DNA of 64,000 nucleotides from Orbicella franksi (Eukaryota): NCBI GenBank assembly GCA_964199315.1, contig OZ116709.1, positions 4,774,001 to 4,838,000 of the forward strand, read 5' to 3'. Shown piece by piece: positions 36,701 to 50,000 of this stretch (position 1 is its first letter; each line of letters starts with the position of its first letter). The notes under the pieces were generated by a model. It saw only the letters and a program-made list of their open reading frames with translations, ran no database searches and was not told where the DNA came from. The position numbers and the translations under genes were made by a program.

Positions 36701-37282
36701 GATTGAAAGACACTACGTCTCAAATCTCATGATTCTCAGGGCTTCACTCTAAAAAATTCCCTTGCATCTCTGAAATGTCAAAACATACTTTTGTGTGGCG
36801 TTTTCAGTGTTTTAGTCAGAATCAAGCGTAATCCTGAGAGGCTTAGATTATTAACAGGTCAAACAAGGACGGTGTTCTCTTACTCCAGAGATTTCTCTGA
36901 GGTCACGAGTCGAGTAGGCAATATTATCATTAAGATATTAACTTTTCATCATTTTCTTTCTAATTCAGTTTGCTTCTTCTGCTTCCTTGTGATGCTATGG
37001 AAAAAGAACTACTGTGTGCGAGTTATATATACCGCCCGGAATACCAGAACCTCAAATTTCACAGTTGTTTTCAGGGTGTTTTATGATGTCTCTCGTGTAA
37101 TATTAATCCATCATTTTATTTTCCATTCCTCATAAACGTTGTTTCGCTGTTAAATAACAAACCAAGCGCAATAAAATATTTTCCTTTGTTAATTGGGAGC
37201 AAAACCATAAAACGGAGATCCAAATTTGCAAATCAACAGCGAAAGCGATCTCGTTATAGTCTTGACCTCGCGGCTTTCATTA

Positions 37283-40200
37283 CTACAGTACAGAAATTGT
37301 ATGATACTTAGCGGTCCGTTTTTCCCAACCTTCGTTCCTATAAAACTCCTTAACTTTTGAACGAAATTCCAGCCGGATATGGTCCAATGTTATTAAAGAA
37401 GGCAAAATGCTTTGTTGAGACGATGTATAAGGTGGCAGTCGGCTCGGCTCCGGTAGATATGTGGCCGGGTCGCGGTATGAAATTGACAGATAATTATTTA
37501 ACTCGTCCAACAAGATGGCAGATGCAAAGCTGATGAGCGCAGTTGACAAGCATGTCGATTAGATTTTCGACTTCAAAAAGGAATGAAATTCAACAGTTTC
37601 GTTTGGTTGCTAACAGACCAGTAATGATTAAAACAACATCGAAATTAGATAAACGAGTCATACACGGATCAGTCCGTAAATACAAAGAAATGTAGGTACT
37701 CACAAAAGCAGTCTTCTGAACCCTCTGGGCTTGGCGAGGTGACGACTTAGAAGGTCGGACTCCACGTATAGTGTACCCTCTGTTGTAAAAAAGCAAAAAG
37801 ATTAAGAGATGTCAAATTCTCGAGGCGAGACTTTGAGCGGAGCCCCTGCCGGTCAACTTTGTTTCTTGAATATACAAAAATAATCATGTAACTCAAGGCG
37901 CTATGTGAAAATATGAGTAATATGAGTAATATGACTAAGTTTATGATGTCCATGAATGGTTGGGCGTGTTTTTCCACTGCAGACAATGACCGCAGTAATG
38001 TCATTGATAAAAATAAAAATAATAAATCAACATAAACCTGCCGAAATAAAAAAGCTTGACCCGCTGTTTTAAGAGACTTGTTGTAAAATAAGTCCAAGAC
38101 CTTGCCACGTCGATATGTTTGTTATTCGTTACTCCAGCATGACCTCCTCACTTGAAAATACTTCAACTATTCGCTCTATTAATGGCTATTGAAAAGCTTT
38201 CAGCTCATCCAGAAGTAATCTAAGTGAAACCAAATCTGTTTGTTGTTAAACCTCAGATATTTCTTTCGAGTGTTTGGTGGCCACTGTCCCTAAAAGCCCT
38301 TCAGGAGAAGTTCAACAACTGAATGCGTAACGCTGCAGGCAATAGTGCTATATAATTTAAAGTAATATAATCGCAATATGCTGTTTGTGATACACAATGT
38401 TATCTTGATTCGACAGAATTGCCACCTTCTACAAGAATTTTACTGAGCCAAAGCCTTTTATCGTCCTATCAATTACCTAAAGAGCCGATTTAACATGTGT
38501 AAAAGCAATTTAAAACGCTTGTCATGAACTAGCCTTACATAATATATTTTTAATCTTAATAACGAATGAAATTTACTATTTTGAGAAGAATTGCTAGCTC
38601 TGGCTGCGCAGTGAATAATATTTTTGTTGAACAGTTTTTAGCTCTTTTTCCAGTGTTTTCCTCAGTTTTTAGTTTTTAACGACATTTTGTGAAGCGCATT
38701 TGTAAATTTAAATAAAATTTGGGCTGTATAAATTTCAGCTATTATGGGAATCCCAAATGTTACTTAGAATTAAAAGTTTCTTTTGGTCGTGAGCATTTTC
38801 CTGCTGATGTTGTCCTTGTCGTTTTATTTATGTTTGTTTATTTTATATTTCACTTGAATTTTCCTTCACAACGAAAAGTAGCATTACATAATTTTTTGTA
38901 ATTTTGTTGTATCGTATTGTAACTTTTATCGTATTTTATTGTAATTTTAGCTAATTCAATACCAAAAAGCCCCACGGCATTGAGAGTGTTAAAATAATTT
39001 GTATGCTCGTGCCTTTTTCCTAAACTAGTGCGTAGCACCTAAATTGCGCTGAAATGGTATAAAATATGCTTACCGTACGTTTGGCATTACTTATCATGTT
39101 TGATACCTGAAAAAGATGGGCCCACCTCTCGACTGATTAGATATTCCCGCAGAAACTTCAAAGGATCGTCTGGGTTCTAGATGATTTTAAAATAGGTGAA
39201 CAAAACAAAGATTGCAACAAAACGGGTTTAAGAATTCAGCGTCTGGAAGCTTTAAAAATGTCCATATATTATTACTCCTTTCAGGAAACAAATAAGTGGA
39301 CGATCGAGTAGAAACCTTGTTGCAGCATTTCAGTGTTTGAAGGGGAAGCGATTCACTTACGTTTCTACAGTGTTTTTTAGAGTTACTAAATAAACCGGGA
39401 TGATGTAACTCATTAAGCACTTTAAACTTTTGTTGCTTAGAAACTTCAAAGAATGGTTTACTATCATTGAAAGCCATATAGGCACTCCAACCTTCAGCTT
39501 TCGATGTATAAGTAATTAAAACTTTTAAATGCGCAGTGCTTAGAACGATCTCACAATTAGCGCATTTCTTCATATCCGCGACGCTGTCATGTAATGCTCC
39601 AATTCCAAAATGACTACAAGGAAAGACAGCAAAAAAATCTTTTGGCTTTACCTGTAAGACAGTTCTTGATAAATAATTGGAATACATTATGAACATTGCA
39701 TGTTATGATGATTAACAACTAGGAGGTTGGGCATAGATTTCAGTACATCGAAAAGTGGCACTGCACATCGGCAAAATAAATCATTTATGAATCGAACAAA
39801 TAAATCATTCGCATCATCGAGACAGTTGAAAATCGCGCGGGCCTCGGGTAGCGAATTCTTTGGAAAGTTCTTTGAGTTCACTTTCTCTTTTGTTGTTGTT
39901 GTTGTTGTTGTTATTGTTATTGTTGTAGTATGTAGCCTCCAATTCCTGTAAAAAAACTTAGTTTAAATCATTTAGTTGAGGTTTTTTTTTATAATAGGAA
40001 CATTTCTTACTCTTCTTAAGAAGACGTTCCAAAATGCTATAAATTCTCCGATTGACGTCAACGGTTTCAATGGCCATGCCAATTTTGAGATGTTGTAAAA
40101 GTCATCATTACCTACGGGCAGTTTCATTCCGCTGAATATAATGTAATCAATTGTTTTACACAGCATCAACACAGCTTTTCCAAAACAATCGTTTGAAAAT

Positions 40201-40307
40201 AATTGGTTTTCAATGTTCACAAAGGAGGTGAACATGAAGCGAAATACGATTGTGGTTCTACGAGAACCACCGTGATATAAAATAATTTTCGTTAATGACA
40301 GTTTCAA
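37283..40307 (-). pseudogene. Unidentified decayed multi-exon gene or TE-derived coding remnant
   Basis: Several coding-like segments with splice signals: ..40011 (donor AGA|gtaaga); 39651-39361 (97 open codons, cag| ... AAC|gtaagt); 37779-37704 (acaacag| ... TT|gtgagt); 37529-37283 (phase-compatible with the previous exon). Intervening segments carry stops or frameshifts. Family not recognised. Confidence 0.35.
39891..39925. repeat. (GTT)n microsatellite
   Basis: tgttgttgttgttgttgttgttattgttattgttg. Confidence 0.8.
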
Positions 40308-43300
40308 ATAATATTAGTCGTTGTTTGAAATATTGCAGATACAAATCGAAGGCATCTAAGCAAAAAAACCTTTACCGTACTCTTTAATTTGAAAGAAGGC
40401 CATATGTTAAGTTCGTTTTCAGTGTGCCATATATTTGTCGTAGATCGAGATTTTGCAAATTTTGATCAATGAAAGAAACCTTGAAATGATAAGTTGCAGT
40501 AAATTCCCAAATGTTGTAACTAAGGCAAGTTTACATGAAAGCAAAGATTTCTTCACCTATACGAAATGTTGTTCTGAATGGCAGCACCAAGGATTCGCTT
40601 TCCTTGTCGAGCTATAATACAGTGTAAATACAAGTGCCCACCGCGATGAAAAACACATTTTTTATATACATACACATTTTTTATATATATTTTCCGGCGA
40701 AAATAACCAAATAAGTATTATACCAAAAGTTAAAGCGAAAGTCTGAAGAAAAGTCTGATTAGATGATCGCTAACGTTGTACTTAAATTGTCCGCCTCTGC
40801 TCCTAAGCTGAAAAGAGAGGCCGACGTTTTTGCTTGTAACTTTACAAAATATCGTTGATAATACTGCAAAGGAATCGCTCTGGCGATTTTTCGAACTCGT
40901 TCAGACTAAAACTGGCATAAGCTTAAGTGTTAACTACAACCAAAAGTACACCTCTATGCTTTCATCATATTTTGAAACTAACATACCTAAATAGCTATTG
41001 GACGAATTATTTTAACTGCAAATTCACATTCCAACTGCTCGTGAAAACTCTAAAGTGGTACTGAATTAAACTCAGATGCCGAAACGAATACAATTAGTTT
41101 TATCCGCGCTTAAAGAGAATAAAACTAGAGACCAATATATGATGTACCTCTTTACATGTAAAAAGGGAATGCTCTAAAATATTATTTTCGTGAAATTAAC
41201 CAGACTGTCGCAAAACATGCGAAATACGTAGAATTGAGATGAATTTTAACAAATGTAGTTAGATTCGAGAAATCCCTCGGAAATCAGAAAAATACTTAGA
41301 GCTTAGCTTTCAAACAATCAAGTCGACTTCAGTGTTAACGAGATAAAAACGGTGATTTCGAAATTAGCAAGGAAGAAAGGAGATTCTCACCTGAATAGAG
41401 GACCGTTTAAGTTTAGGAAAACACAGTGCCTTTTCGTGCTAATATCATGAAAAGCTCCAGAAATAAAGTTATTCAGTTATTCAGAAGCAATTAGTTTATT
41501 TCAATTCAAATAATATCAGTGAATATTTTATGTCGGGATAAACGAGCTTAAGATGTCACTCAAACTAGTCTTCCTGAGCTAAATATTTGCTAAGAATCTC
41601 TCATTATTAAGGAACAAAATTTGTTCCCATTATGTAATTCCAAAACAAGTTGGAACAGTTTGAAAGCCGGTTTGAAGGCGAACAATTTCAGAGTGCGAGA
41701 GAAGAGTTTTAAATTAAAAATTGAACTTTTGATCGTTCAAACAGATTTAAATTTGAGACAAAATATGTTGTTTATTTTCATAACTTGCGGTTTGTAATCA
41801 GAGACGGGTTGAATTTATTTTAAAGTGCGCAGATTCGATATATTACCAGTAACACTTGAAATCTTGGTCATTGAAGGACAAACAAAAACTCTAATTTCAT
41901 TCAGGGGTGGATTGGTGATAAGCCTGTAGCCCTTTACACTTCAAACTCAGTGAAAGGTGCTAAGTACTCTTCACGCTAGTCTACTGGATGCCGTAATCAA
42001 GAAAATCCTAACATGTGAAGGTATCCCATTCAGCTCTATCTGATTCAAATAAAAAAATTGCGAGTGACTTGTTTTTGTTGAAAATCTAACACCATTGGAA
42101 GCGTTAAGCCAGTTGACGGCGGATTTGCATGCAAAAAACTGATAAGATTACGATCGCGCCCGAATCAAAGCCCTCGCCTCACGTTAGCACGGACAGTTTC
42201 GATTTTTCTGGAATTTTTTTTCATCCTTTCTTCTGAGTTACCGAACTCTAAACATTTCAAAAGGTTTTTTTGCTTTTTGTTTTTCAATACGATCTTGAAA
42301 TATAAAGAAGATATATTTTATCGTAGACAAGTTAACTCTAATGTGTCAAAAAAGCAGTAGTTTGCGGCCAAGCCTTAAACCAAAACGTAAAACACAAACA
42401 GTACTTTCTCTCCATTTTCAGATTCTCTTGACGTGTATTTTCTGCCATGCTAGAATTTGCCCACCGGTAATACGAGCAATTTGGGTTATTAAGTATTTTC
42501 GCACCTTTCAAATCAGGGTGCGCGTTTGAACAACAGTTCCATTGACAATAGATTCGCCTGTGGTTCACGACTGAAAGCACTAGCGATTTAATTACAGTTC
42601 ATGGGATTTGTTTTTATTGCAGTCAGCTTGTCATCGTTCGATTTTTTTTTAAGAGTTATAGATTTTATCGAGTCCTGAGCGATAAAACTAGGAACAATGG
42701 AAAATGCAAGTCCTGTTATAAATAAGTATTCACTAGAAATGTTCGCCTAATGAGGACGGCCAATTTTTTTTCCACTAAAACTTTTCCTAATTTGTGGCTA
42801 ATCCATTATTTTTAGACCATAGACCTAGATTACTTTTTGTTTACCAAAAAATCTACATTAATTATACATAGAAAGGGCTACTCCAGGTGTCCGTCTTGAA
42901 AATGTTTTCCTCAGCCCTCATAAGCATAATGTCGATTGACGAAATTTCATTCAATTTATTTTAGAAGTGCTTTAGATGTCCAAATTCAGTTGTCTGGGCA
43001 TGTACCCTTCCTGCTATCGCAATTTTACTTGACTGTAACGTAAAAACACAAGTCATCAGTCAAAACAATATTTAAAAACCTTGTTTCTTATTTGCCTTTT
43101 ATAATTATAATTTTGCGACGAAAATTAAGCTTTCTTTGCGCGCAGTTTTCTTGCAGTAATCAAGAAAAGGCGTTCAAAATTTACTGGATAGCAATAAATT
43201 TGGTGTCGGCTTAGGTCGTTTGTTCGTATTATGACTGTTTCTCTTGTTTAAGACTTCCAAATGCAATCAAATTTTACGGAAATAGATAGTTTCGTATCAT

Positions 43301-43913
43301 TAACAATATTTTAAAGGAAAACTTCAAAATTTTTTTATTGAATTCAAGGCTTCGCAGCTTAATTAAAATCAAACATCGCAAAAATTGCTACTGGAGAAAT
43401 TCTATTTGCCGGAAATAGAACCTTGAAATAAGAAATAATGTCGTTCACTTAATTCTACAGTCGTGCTGGTTTTTACTTTGGAATCGCACCGCGTAGAGCG
43501 GTGAGAAAGGATTTAAAGTTTGGTGTTACAGGTATTAAGTAATAATTATATGCTACATCGATAAACGGCACCTGAAAGAAATTTGACTTAAGAAAATTCC
43601 CCACAAAATTGGAAACTTTGACTTGCCTTTATAGGTAAAGTTGGTACAATTCGAATCGGACTCACTGTTTTTGTGTGTCTTTTACATGTTTGGGCCTCGT
43701 TTCGTTTATAGTAATTAACGTTGTCACCAAGGAACATGATGTTCACTCAAATGTAAGGCAAAATACGGACATCTACACCGTACGAGACAATTTTGTTCAC
43801 TTACCAATGCAAGTTCCTTGGGCATATAAAAGGCAAGTTTCCTTTCCGACTCGTTTTAAACAATCAAAGTGTAAGCCATTCGTATATTTGTAGACTTTTC
43901 ACGGAAAAGTAAT

Positions 43914-46900
43914 TCAGCAAAACTTCACAGGACAACTCAAAACATCAAATCCAACAGCGTGGCGAGCATGGGACTGAAGCTGATGGCATTTTCTGCTGTT
44001 ACAGTATTGGCTCACACGACGATCACCACAGGGAAATATGAAACAACGGTAAACAATCGGATCAGATTTGCATATACAGTCACTGCAAGTAATAAACCTA
44101 ATTGAATCGCAGCTTTGTCTGTAGGGCACTTTACTTGGGTTCTTAATGTCTGAAAATAAAACACTAAACGAGCTTTTCAGTTAATATTCTGATAACTTTG
44201 CTTATCAGTTTAAAACTGAGTCAAAAGAATTAATAGCTTGACAGTCATGAAATATGAATCTTTATAACCTATCCATCTACAAGCGATATAAATAAGTCGA
44301 ACTAGGGCATATTTCCGGTGAAGTTTAGAAACTGTAATATCAGTTTTCTTTTATTTAATATCACTGCGATTAGTGATTAGCCTCCAGCAAATCTGACAAA
44401 AATAAAATTATTTACTTTTGCAGAGAACACATTTGCAGAGAACACATTTGTACATCTGCCAGCTTAGTATCCCGCGAAATATGAAATCTATTTAAAAGGC
44501 CGGAAATTAAAAATATGACCAAGAACAGTTATTTTTACTGACAAAGATTCATGTTTAAAACATCCTGTCAGGCCGTTAAATGGGTGACTTGGACGTAATT
44601 TTCTACCCACCAAAACTTAATATATTCAGGTTTTCAGGCCGATAATTATGCAAATTTTCCCCAAGTCACAAATCAAATAAGTCTTTAACTTTAAGGTCAT
44701 TCCTCACATTTGCATTGCGCATCCTTACTGCGCATAATTTATGGCGTCATTAGCGCGCGCTCGTGCACGCGCATATTGAAAACATGACGGATTTGCCTTG
44801 ATATTGAGCTCTTTCAGTTGAAAAATGGCTCTAGCTCACCAACGAGCATGGGTACCTCAATTTTTTTCCCAGTCATTGTAATCAACTAATCATAAGCTTC
44901 GCATGAGGAAAGACTGATCTAATTTCTATTGCTGAAAATTGAATAAATAAGAAAAATAGCAGATACACTGTGGTCTTTTCTATTTTGCAGTCGGTAACCA
45001 CGTCAAGAAATTTGGTTCAAATTTTTAATCAAGGATTTAGCTTTCTGTCTGAATCAAACTTAACGTGTTTATTTGTGTCCGACACAATGTATTGACTGTA
45101 GTTTAATGCGTTTTGTTATGAGTCTGGGCTCACAAAGATTTTACAACTACTGGGAATGCGTTTTTATAATAAGCATTAAATAATGACAAAATGGGGCATT
45201 TTCAATGCCTCACTGCTCCTTAATGAGCATGGGCACCCCCCTTTTTTATTTCAAAATTGAAGTTATCATATGACAAATATTCAGTGGACAAAGTTTGAAC
45301 AAAAATCTATTGTCACTTTTATTTCAGAGGAATTACCTTAAACTTCAAGCATTTCAAGCCATTCGATCGGAAGGATGGGTTTTTACAGCAATTCCTGATA
45401 TCCGTAAAACCTATTTTTCGAATATGGACAATTTAGACTCAGTATTAAGTATAAATAATCAAACGCGATTTATTTTTTCGGTCGAACATAAGATAACCAC
45501 TTTTTCGTAACAAGATATGCGTCTAGATAATTTTCTCCAGTTTCTGTAATCATTCATTTTTTTACGAGGTTAGGTGAGGCCCTATGCGCCAACTTGGCGC
45601 CAGGAGACAGGTGAAGGTGAAGAATTTTCTCCAGTTTTCCCGATTATTCAGTTATTTTTCTTTCTTTAAGAAAGCCCAAGAAAGCGTTTCACAGTCGTTT
45701 TCTTCCGCGTTTGCTCTATAAATAATAACATTTTGCAGTTGATTTAATAAATGAGGTCTAAGCAAGTCCACTTTCAATCGCTTTTTAAACTATGGACTTT
45801 CGAAAGGTAAAACTTCCGAAAGGTAAAACACCCACCCACCGGGAGATCATTTGTCTAACTCGTAATGTTTGATACCATAACATATCGTAACGTTCGCCGC
45901 ACATCAATAACGATAGGCGCCTGCAAGAGTACTAGTTGTTTTAAAAAACAAAGACCTTGTTAACTTTAGAACTGATACAGGACGGTGGCAATTTTAAAGA
46001 GGACCTTGAGACACAACCTTTTAAGAAAAACGCTGCAATATTTTCAAAATGATATTAATTTTCACATGGAAATTTATGAGGTTACTTTAGTCCTTACCTT
46101 ATTGTATATATTTTTGTTCCTTTAAATTTATATTAACAATTTTGTTACTGTAAATGTTGCAATCCCTTTCACCATTTATCCTTCCTGAAAAGCCCCATTG
46201 GGGAGGTTCAATAAAGTTACGATTTATCATGTACACGCACCGCTACATAAATATCAAAATCGTAAAAACTTCTGAAATTCCTATTTCAGTTGGAAAGCTA
46301 ATGTGCAAGATATCTTCTTAAACTTAAAAGTCTTCTACCTCCATGTTTTTGAGACAAAAACAAATAATATCTTTTTATTTCAATCCTTGGCACCTGTTAG
46401 TTAAGATATTTTCTAACCAAGTTGAACGTTGTCAATCGTTGAGCATGGCAAAGGAGTTTGGATAATTGGCTATATGTTAGGATCCAAAATTCCCTTTCAA
46501 TTGGCATGTAGTAATAAAGAGCTAAATCCAAGAACAGGAATAGGAAAATAATTGTTGATCGCGAGCCAAACTGCTTGACGCTTAAAACAGTTGCGTATTT
46601 AGATTCCTGAGCGCCTTGATAGTGAATGAATTAAAGTAGGTTCTCCGTAGATTTCAAATAAAGCACTGCTTGTTAAGTTTATATCGTGGTGTGCAAGATC
46701 AAATAAGAAAATCTTTAAGAGGACGTGAAAGAAAATTGTGCTCGTGAGTACCATGGATTGATTCATGTGTATTCTCAACTAAAGAATCCAAATCTCCACA
46801 AGAAATGAATGAATAACCTTGCAGGCTTACAGGACCGGGCAGGTGCTCCGCAGTCGAATGGATCTTCTACAAACTCTTTCGGCAATCTTCCTGTTGTACG

Positions 46901-47026
46901 TGTTATGACTGCGGACCCTAGCGGGGGTGTTAATTAGTAAACAGACCGGCTTTGCGTTAATTGCAGCGAGTTTAGCATACCTGTAAGCACAATAGCATAA
47001 GCCATTGTAACCAAATAATGCGGCAT
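43914..47026 (-). CDS. Putative small secreted cysteine-rich protein, about 122 aa, 3 coding exons
   Basis: Join complement(47026-46981, 46917-46831, 44149-43914) = 369 nt. Donors G|gtatgc and T|gtaagc; acceptors ccccgctag and ttttattttcag; the 63-nt intron 1 has a TACTAAT branch site; both introns are phase 1 and compatible. Product: MPHYLVTMAYAIVLTGSAVITRTTGRLPKEFVEDPFDCGAPARSYIKNPSKVPYRQSCDSIRFITCSDCICKSDPIVYRCFIFPCGDRRVSQYCNSRKCHQLQSHARHAVGFDVLSCPVKFC*. An extra exon in the 2.7-kb intron cannot be excluded. Confidence 0.6.
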
Positions 47027-50000
47027 CTTTACTGTTAAAATGTCTTAATTTTGACGGGAAAATGACACCTTCTCTTTTTGACTCAGACCGCCGTTTCTTT
47101 ATTGGTTGACTTTCATGTTTTAACATCAAATTACGAAATTAATTTTATTGGTGTAAAGCAAGTTTATTAAAAGCAAAGCCTCAAATTACATAATGGAACT
47201 TTTCTAGAACAAAAAATTCAAAGCGTCTTGTATTTTACTCGATAGCATCTCTGAATTCTGTCATCTGATAATCTCGTCTAGACGCGCCAGCAGGAAAATA
47301 AGACCGTCATCACTCCATGCTATTCGCTTTATAAAATTAGGAGAAAATTTAGCTCAATTTAAAATCATTTTATCGAAAACAGCTATCGTTCGAGTACGAT
47401 TGCGTTTTTTGAAAGCTGAAACCACTTCTTTTTTTAAGAAAATTTTAATCAACGTCGTTATTTACGATAATTATATGTGAAGTCAGGTTAGCGTTGGATA
47501 AATTGTTGGTAAGGAACTAATATCACTTTGCAAGCCGAAATGAAACTTTTTCTCTATAAATCACTCGGCCGACTTAAACAATGCTACTTTTCCCAGCCAA
47601 ATTAGCCCAACTTACGTTTTACGGAAAAGAGGCCGGAAGCTACGAGCTAGAAAAACGCCCTCTCAGTCAATATTTTATTCTTATCTTTCTTGCCGATAAT
47701 CAACAAAGGGAAGTCACGCCAAATTGGCGGCAACTTAGGCGAGAGTAAAATTAGCACACCATTTTAAATTTTACCACATGGCCTTGGTGTCTGAGAATTT
47801 GTCAAAATTAGCATTCTTGAAGAAGTGCCAGTTAGTATCTAAAAGGAACTATTTGTTTCAACGTGTTTTCCAATTTACCACACGTACAACTCATAGTAAA
47901 CAAACTGAAGACATATCAGGTGTAAACATTGGTTATAATATCGAAAAAAAAATACCTTGTGAAAATATCATGATTAGTTTCATCGGCAGATAAACTAATG
48001 CAGTTCTAACCGGTTGAAATGTTCCGGGTTTGTGTTAAAATAGATTTTGGGACAACTCGTAACATTGATAATCAATCAAGTGTTTTAGCACCCACGGTGA
48101 TTACAACGAAGAAAAGTTCTTTAACTTTGCCGTATACGTCCAAAGGCAAAACTTGGTCCAAAATATTTTTCGATCATAACTGTCGTCTGTCGATGTATAC
48201 GTCATTACCTTTATTGAACTTTGTTAAAATTGCGACAATACTAGTAAATATAGACAGAGAATATTTGTTCCATTTTCGCTAAGTTGCGGTGACGTTAAAA
48301 AATAAGAACAAAAATTGCGCGTCGGAGAATAACGGCAATAAACGCGACGGTCTAACGAGGCCCTAAGCATGAGTTTCATTTACTTGTGAGAAAATCTAAT
48401 GAGGGTTTAGATCCATACATATGGTTTCACAGCTACTGTAGAGGCACGAAGTTTGTTTCAGTTATCAATGTTGAAAAAGTTGCGATTTTACCTGAACTCT
48501 ATCTTGAAACGATTCTTTTTTGTCACATTTTATGAAACCTGCTGTTACTACAGCAACCATATTTTGAGAGGTGCTTTACACAAAATTTTAAGTAACCTGT
48601 TTTCAGTTACAACCTTTAGGATTTTCTCTTGCAATAACTTTTTCTCTTACTGATACTTTTATCATCCTATTACTAGTTTTTACTACTTTCAACTTAGTTT
48701 AGGTGGTTTCCTAACGCCGTGGTCACGTGGACACGAGGCAAAAATCACGAAATCTAGATGAAAGGAAAAAAAGTTAAAGGAAAGGTTTTTGTAAGTGCAC
48801 TTTAATTCTCTTAGCAAGACGCTTTTAGCAATAATGGACGTACAGAATTAAATTTAATAGGACCTTTAGTGAGCAGCGTTCTATTCGCTGTTTTGTAGTT
48901 TGCTAAATCGAACTTCTTGGATTACTGCAAGTAAGTAAGATGCAGACCAGTTATGTTTGTATGTATTAAAAAGCGCTACAAACTGCTTCGCTAGTATCAC
49001 TAGAAACTGTGTATTTCGTTCAGATTATAGCTGGCGGACGCTATTCTTGCTTCCTCGCCGGTCCAAACTGCTTTTGATACGAGCACGCAGGTGAAAAAAG
49101 GACTTCCGAAGGTCTTACCACAATTATTAGTTTGGATTCACAAACTTCCATGGTCTTCGCAAATGCTGCGACTAATATTCTGGTTACGAATCAGAAACTG
49201 GATGTTACCAATGTGAGCAAAAAAGAAATTCAACGAACGAATCTAAATTAACCATCCATTGATTTCAGCAGTCATGTAGATCTCTGCAAATTTCTTAAAT
49301 TTTGAGCAGGACGTGCCTGGGCAGGTATATCTCAAAGGTTATTCCAAATGTTTTGCTGCGTTATAATGGATGAATGCTGTCAGTATTTTTGTGGAAGAGA
49401 TCGGAAAAATCAGTCAAACATCACAAAAGTGGACTTCGAAGAAGAATAAAAAGAATGGAAACTATGAATTAGTTGAAGCACTTTTCATTTTTAGTCTAAA
49501 CAAATGGAAAACGTTTGCTCCCCACAAATCTCAAAACCATAAATGCGATGAATCAATGCTTGAAAGTATAAAACCGGAAGGTTTAGCAGTTGTTCAAACA
49601 AAATGCTATTCCATCATCAAGAACTTGAAGCCAAACGAAGAAATTAGCCACTTCTGGTACCCTATTCAGTAAGTTGTCCTCAACAAAGCGAGAATATTCT
49701 AAGGCTAAGTAATGAATCTAAACTTGAGTACAATCGATTTCTGGCTGGGAGTGTAAAAAGAAGTCGGCAGACATGCTTTGTGAGAAAAGAGATATCACAT
49801 CAATTTAAATATGAGAGCGCCATAGGGGGACGCAGCTGCTTCGTTCTTGATGGAAACACATTTTGTATTTTGTCCCGGAGAAAAATCAGTCCTAACGCCT
49901 CGGCTTTCAGCTAGTAGTAAGGCCCGGCAAAGCTGCGACCATGTTCACTCACCTAACTTTGCAGAGGTGTGTAGCTAACCAACTTGTCTGTGATCAGTCA

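Noticed and set aside
44012-44149. Alternative frame of the Cys-rich gene's last exon giving a hydrophobic GPI/TM-like tail (TLRTQVKCPTDKAAIQLGLLLAV...VVIVV*)
   Set aside because: It needs a phase-0 donor. The strong upstream donor (T|gtaagc) is phase 1 and selects the Cys-rich frame.
49370-49672. 100-aa ORF vaguely like the N-terminus of a TE-associated helicase
   Set aside because: No Walker A or other diagnostic motif.
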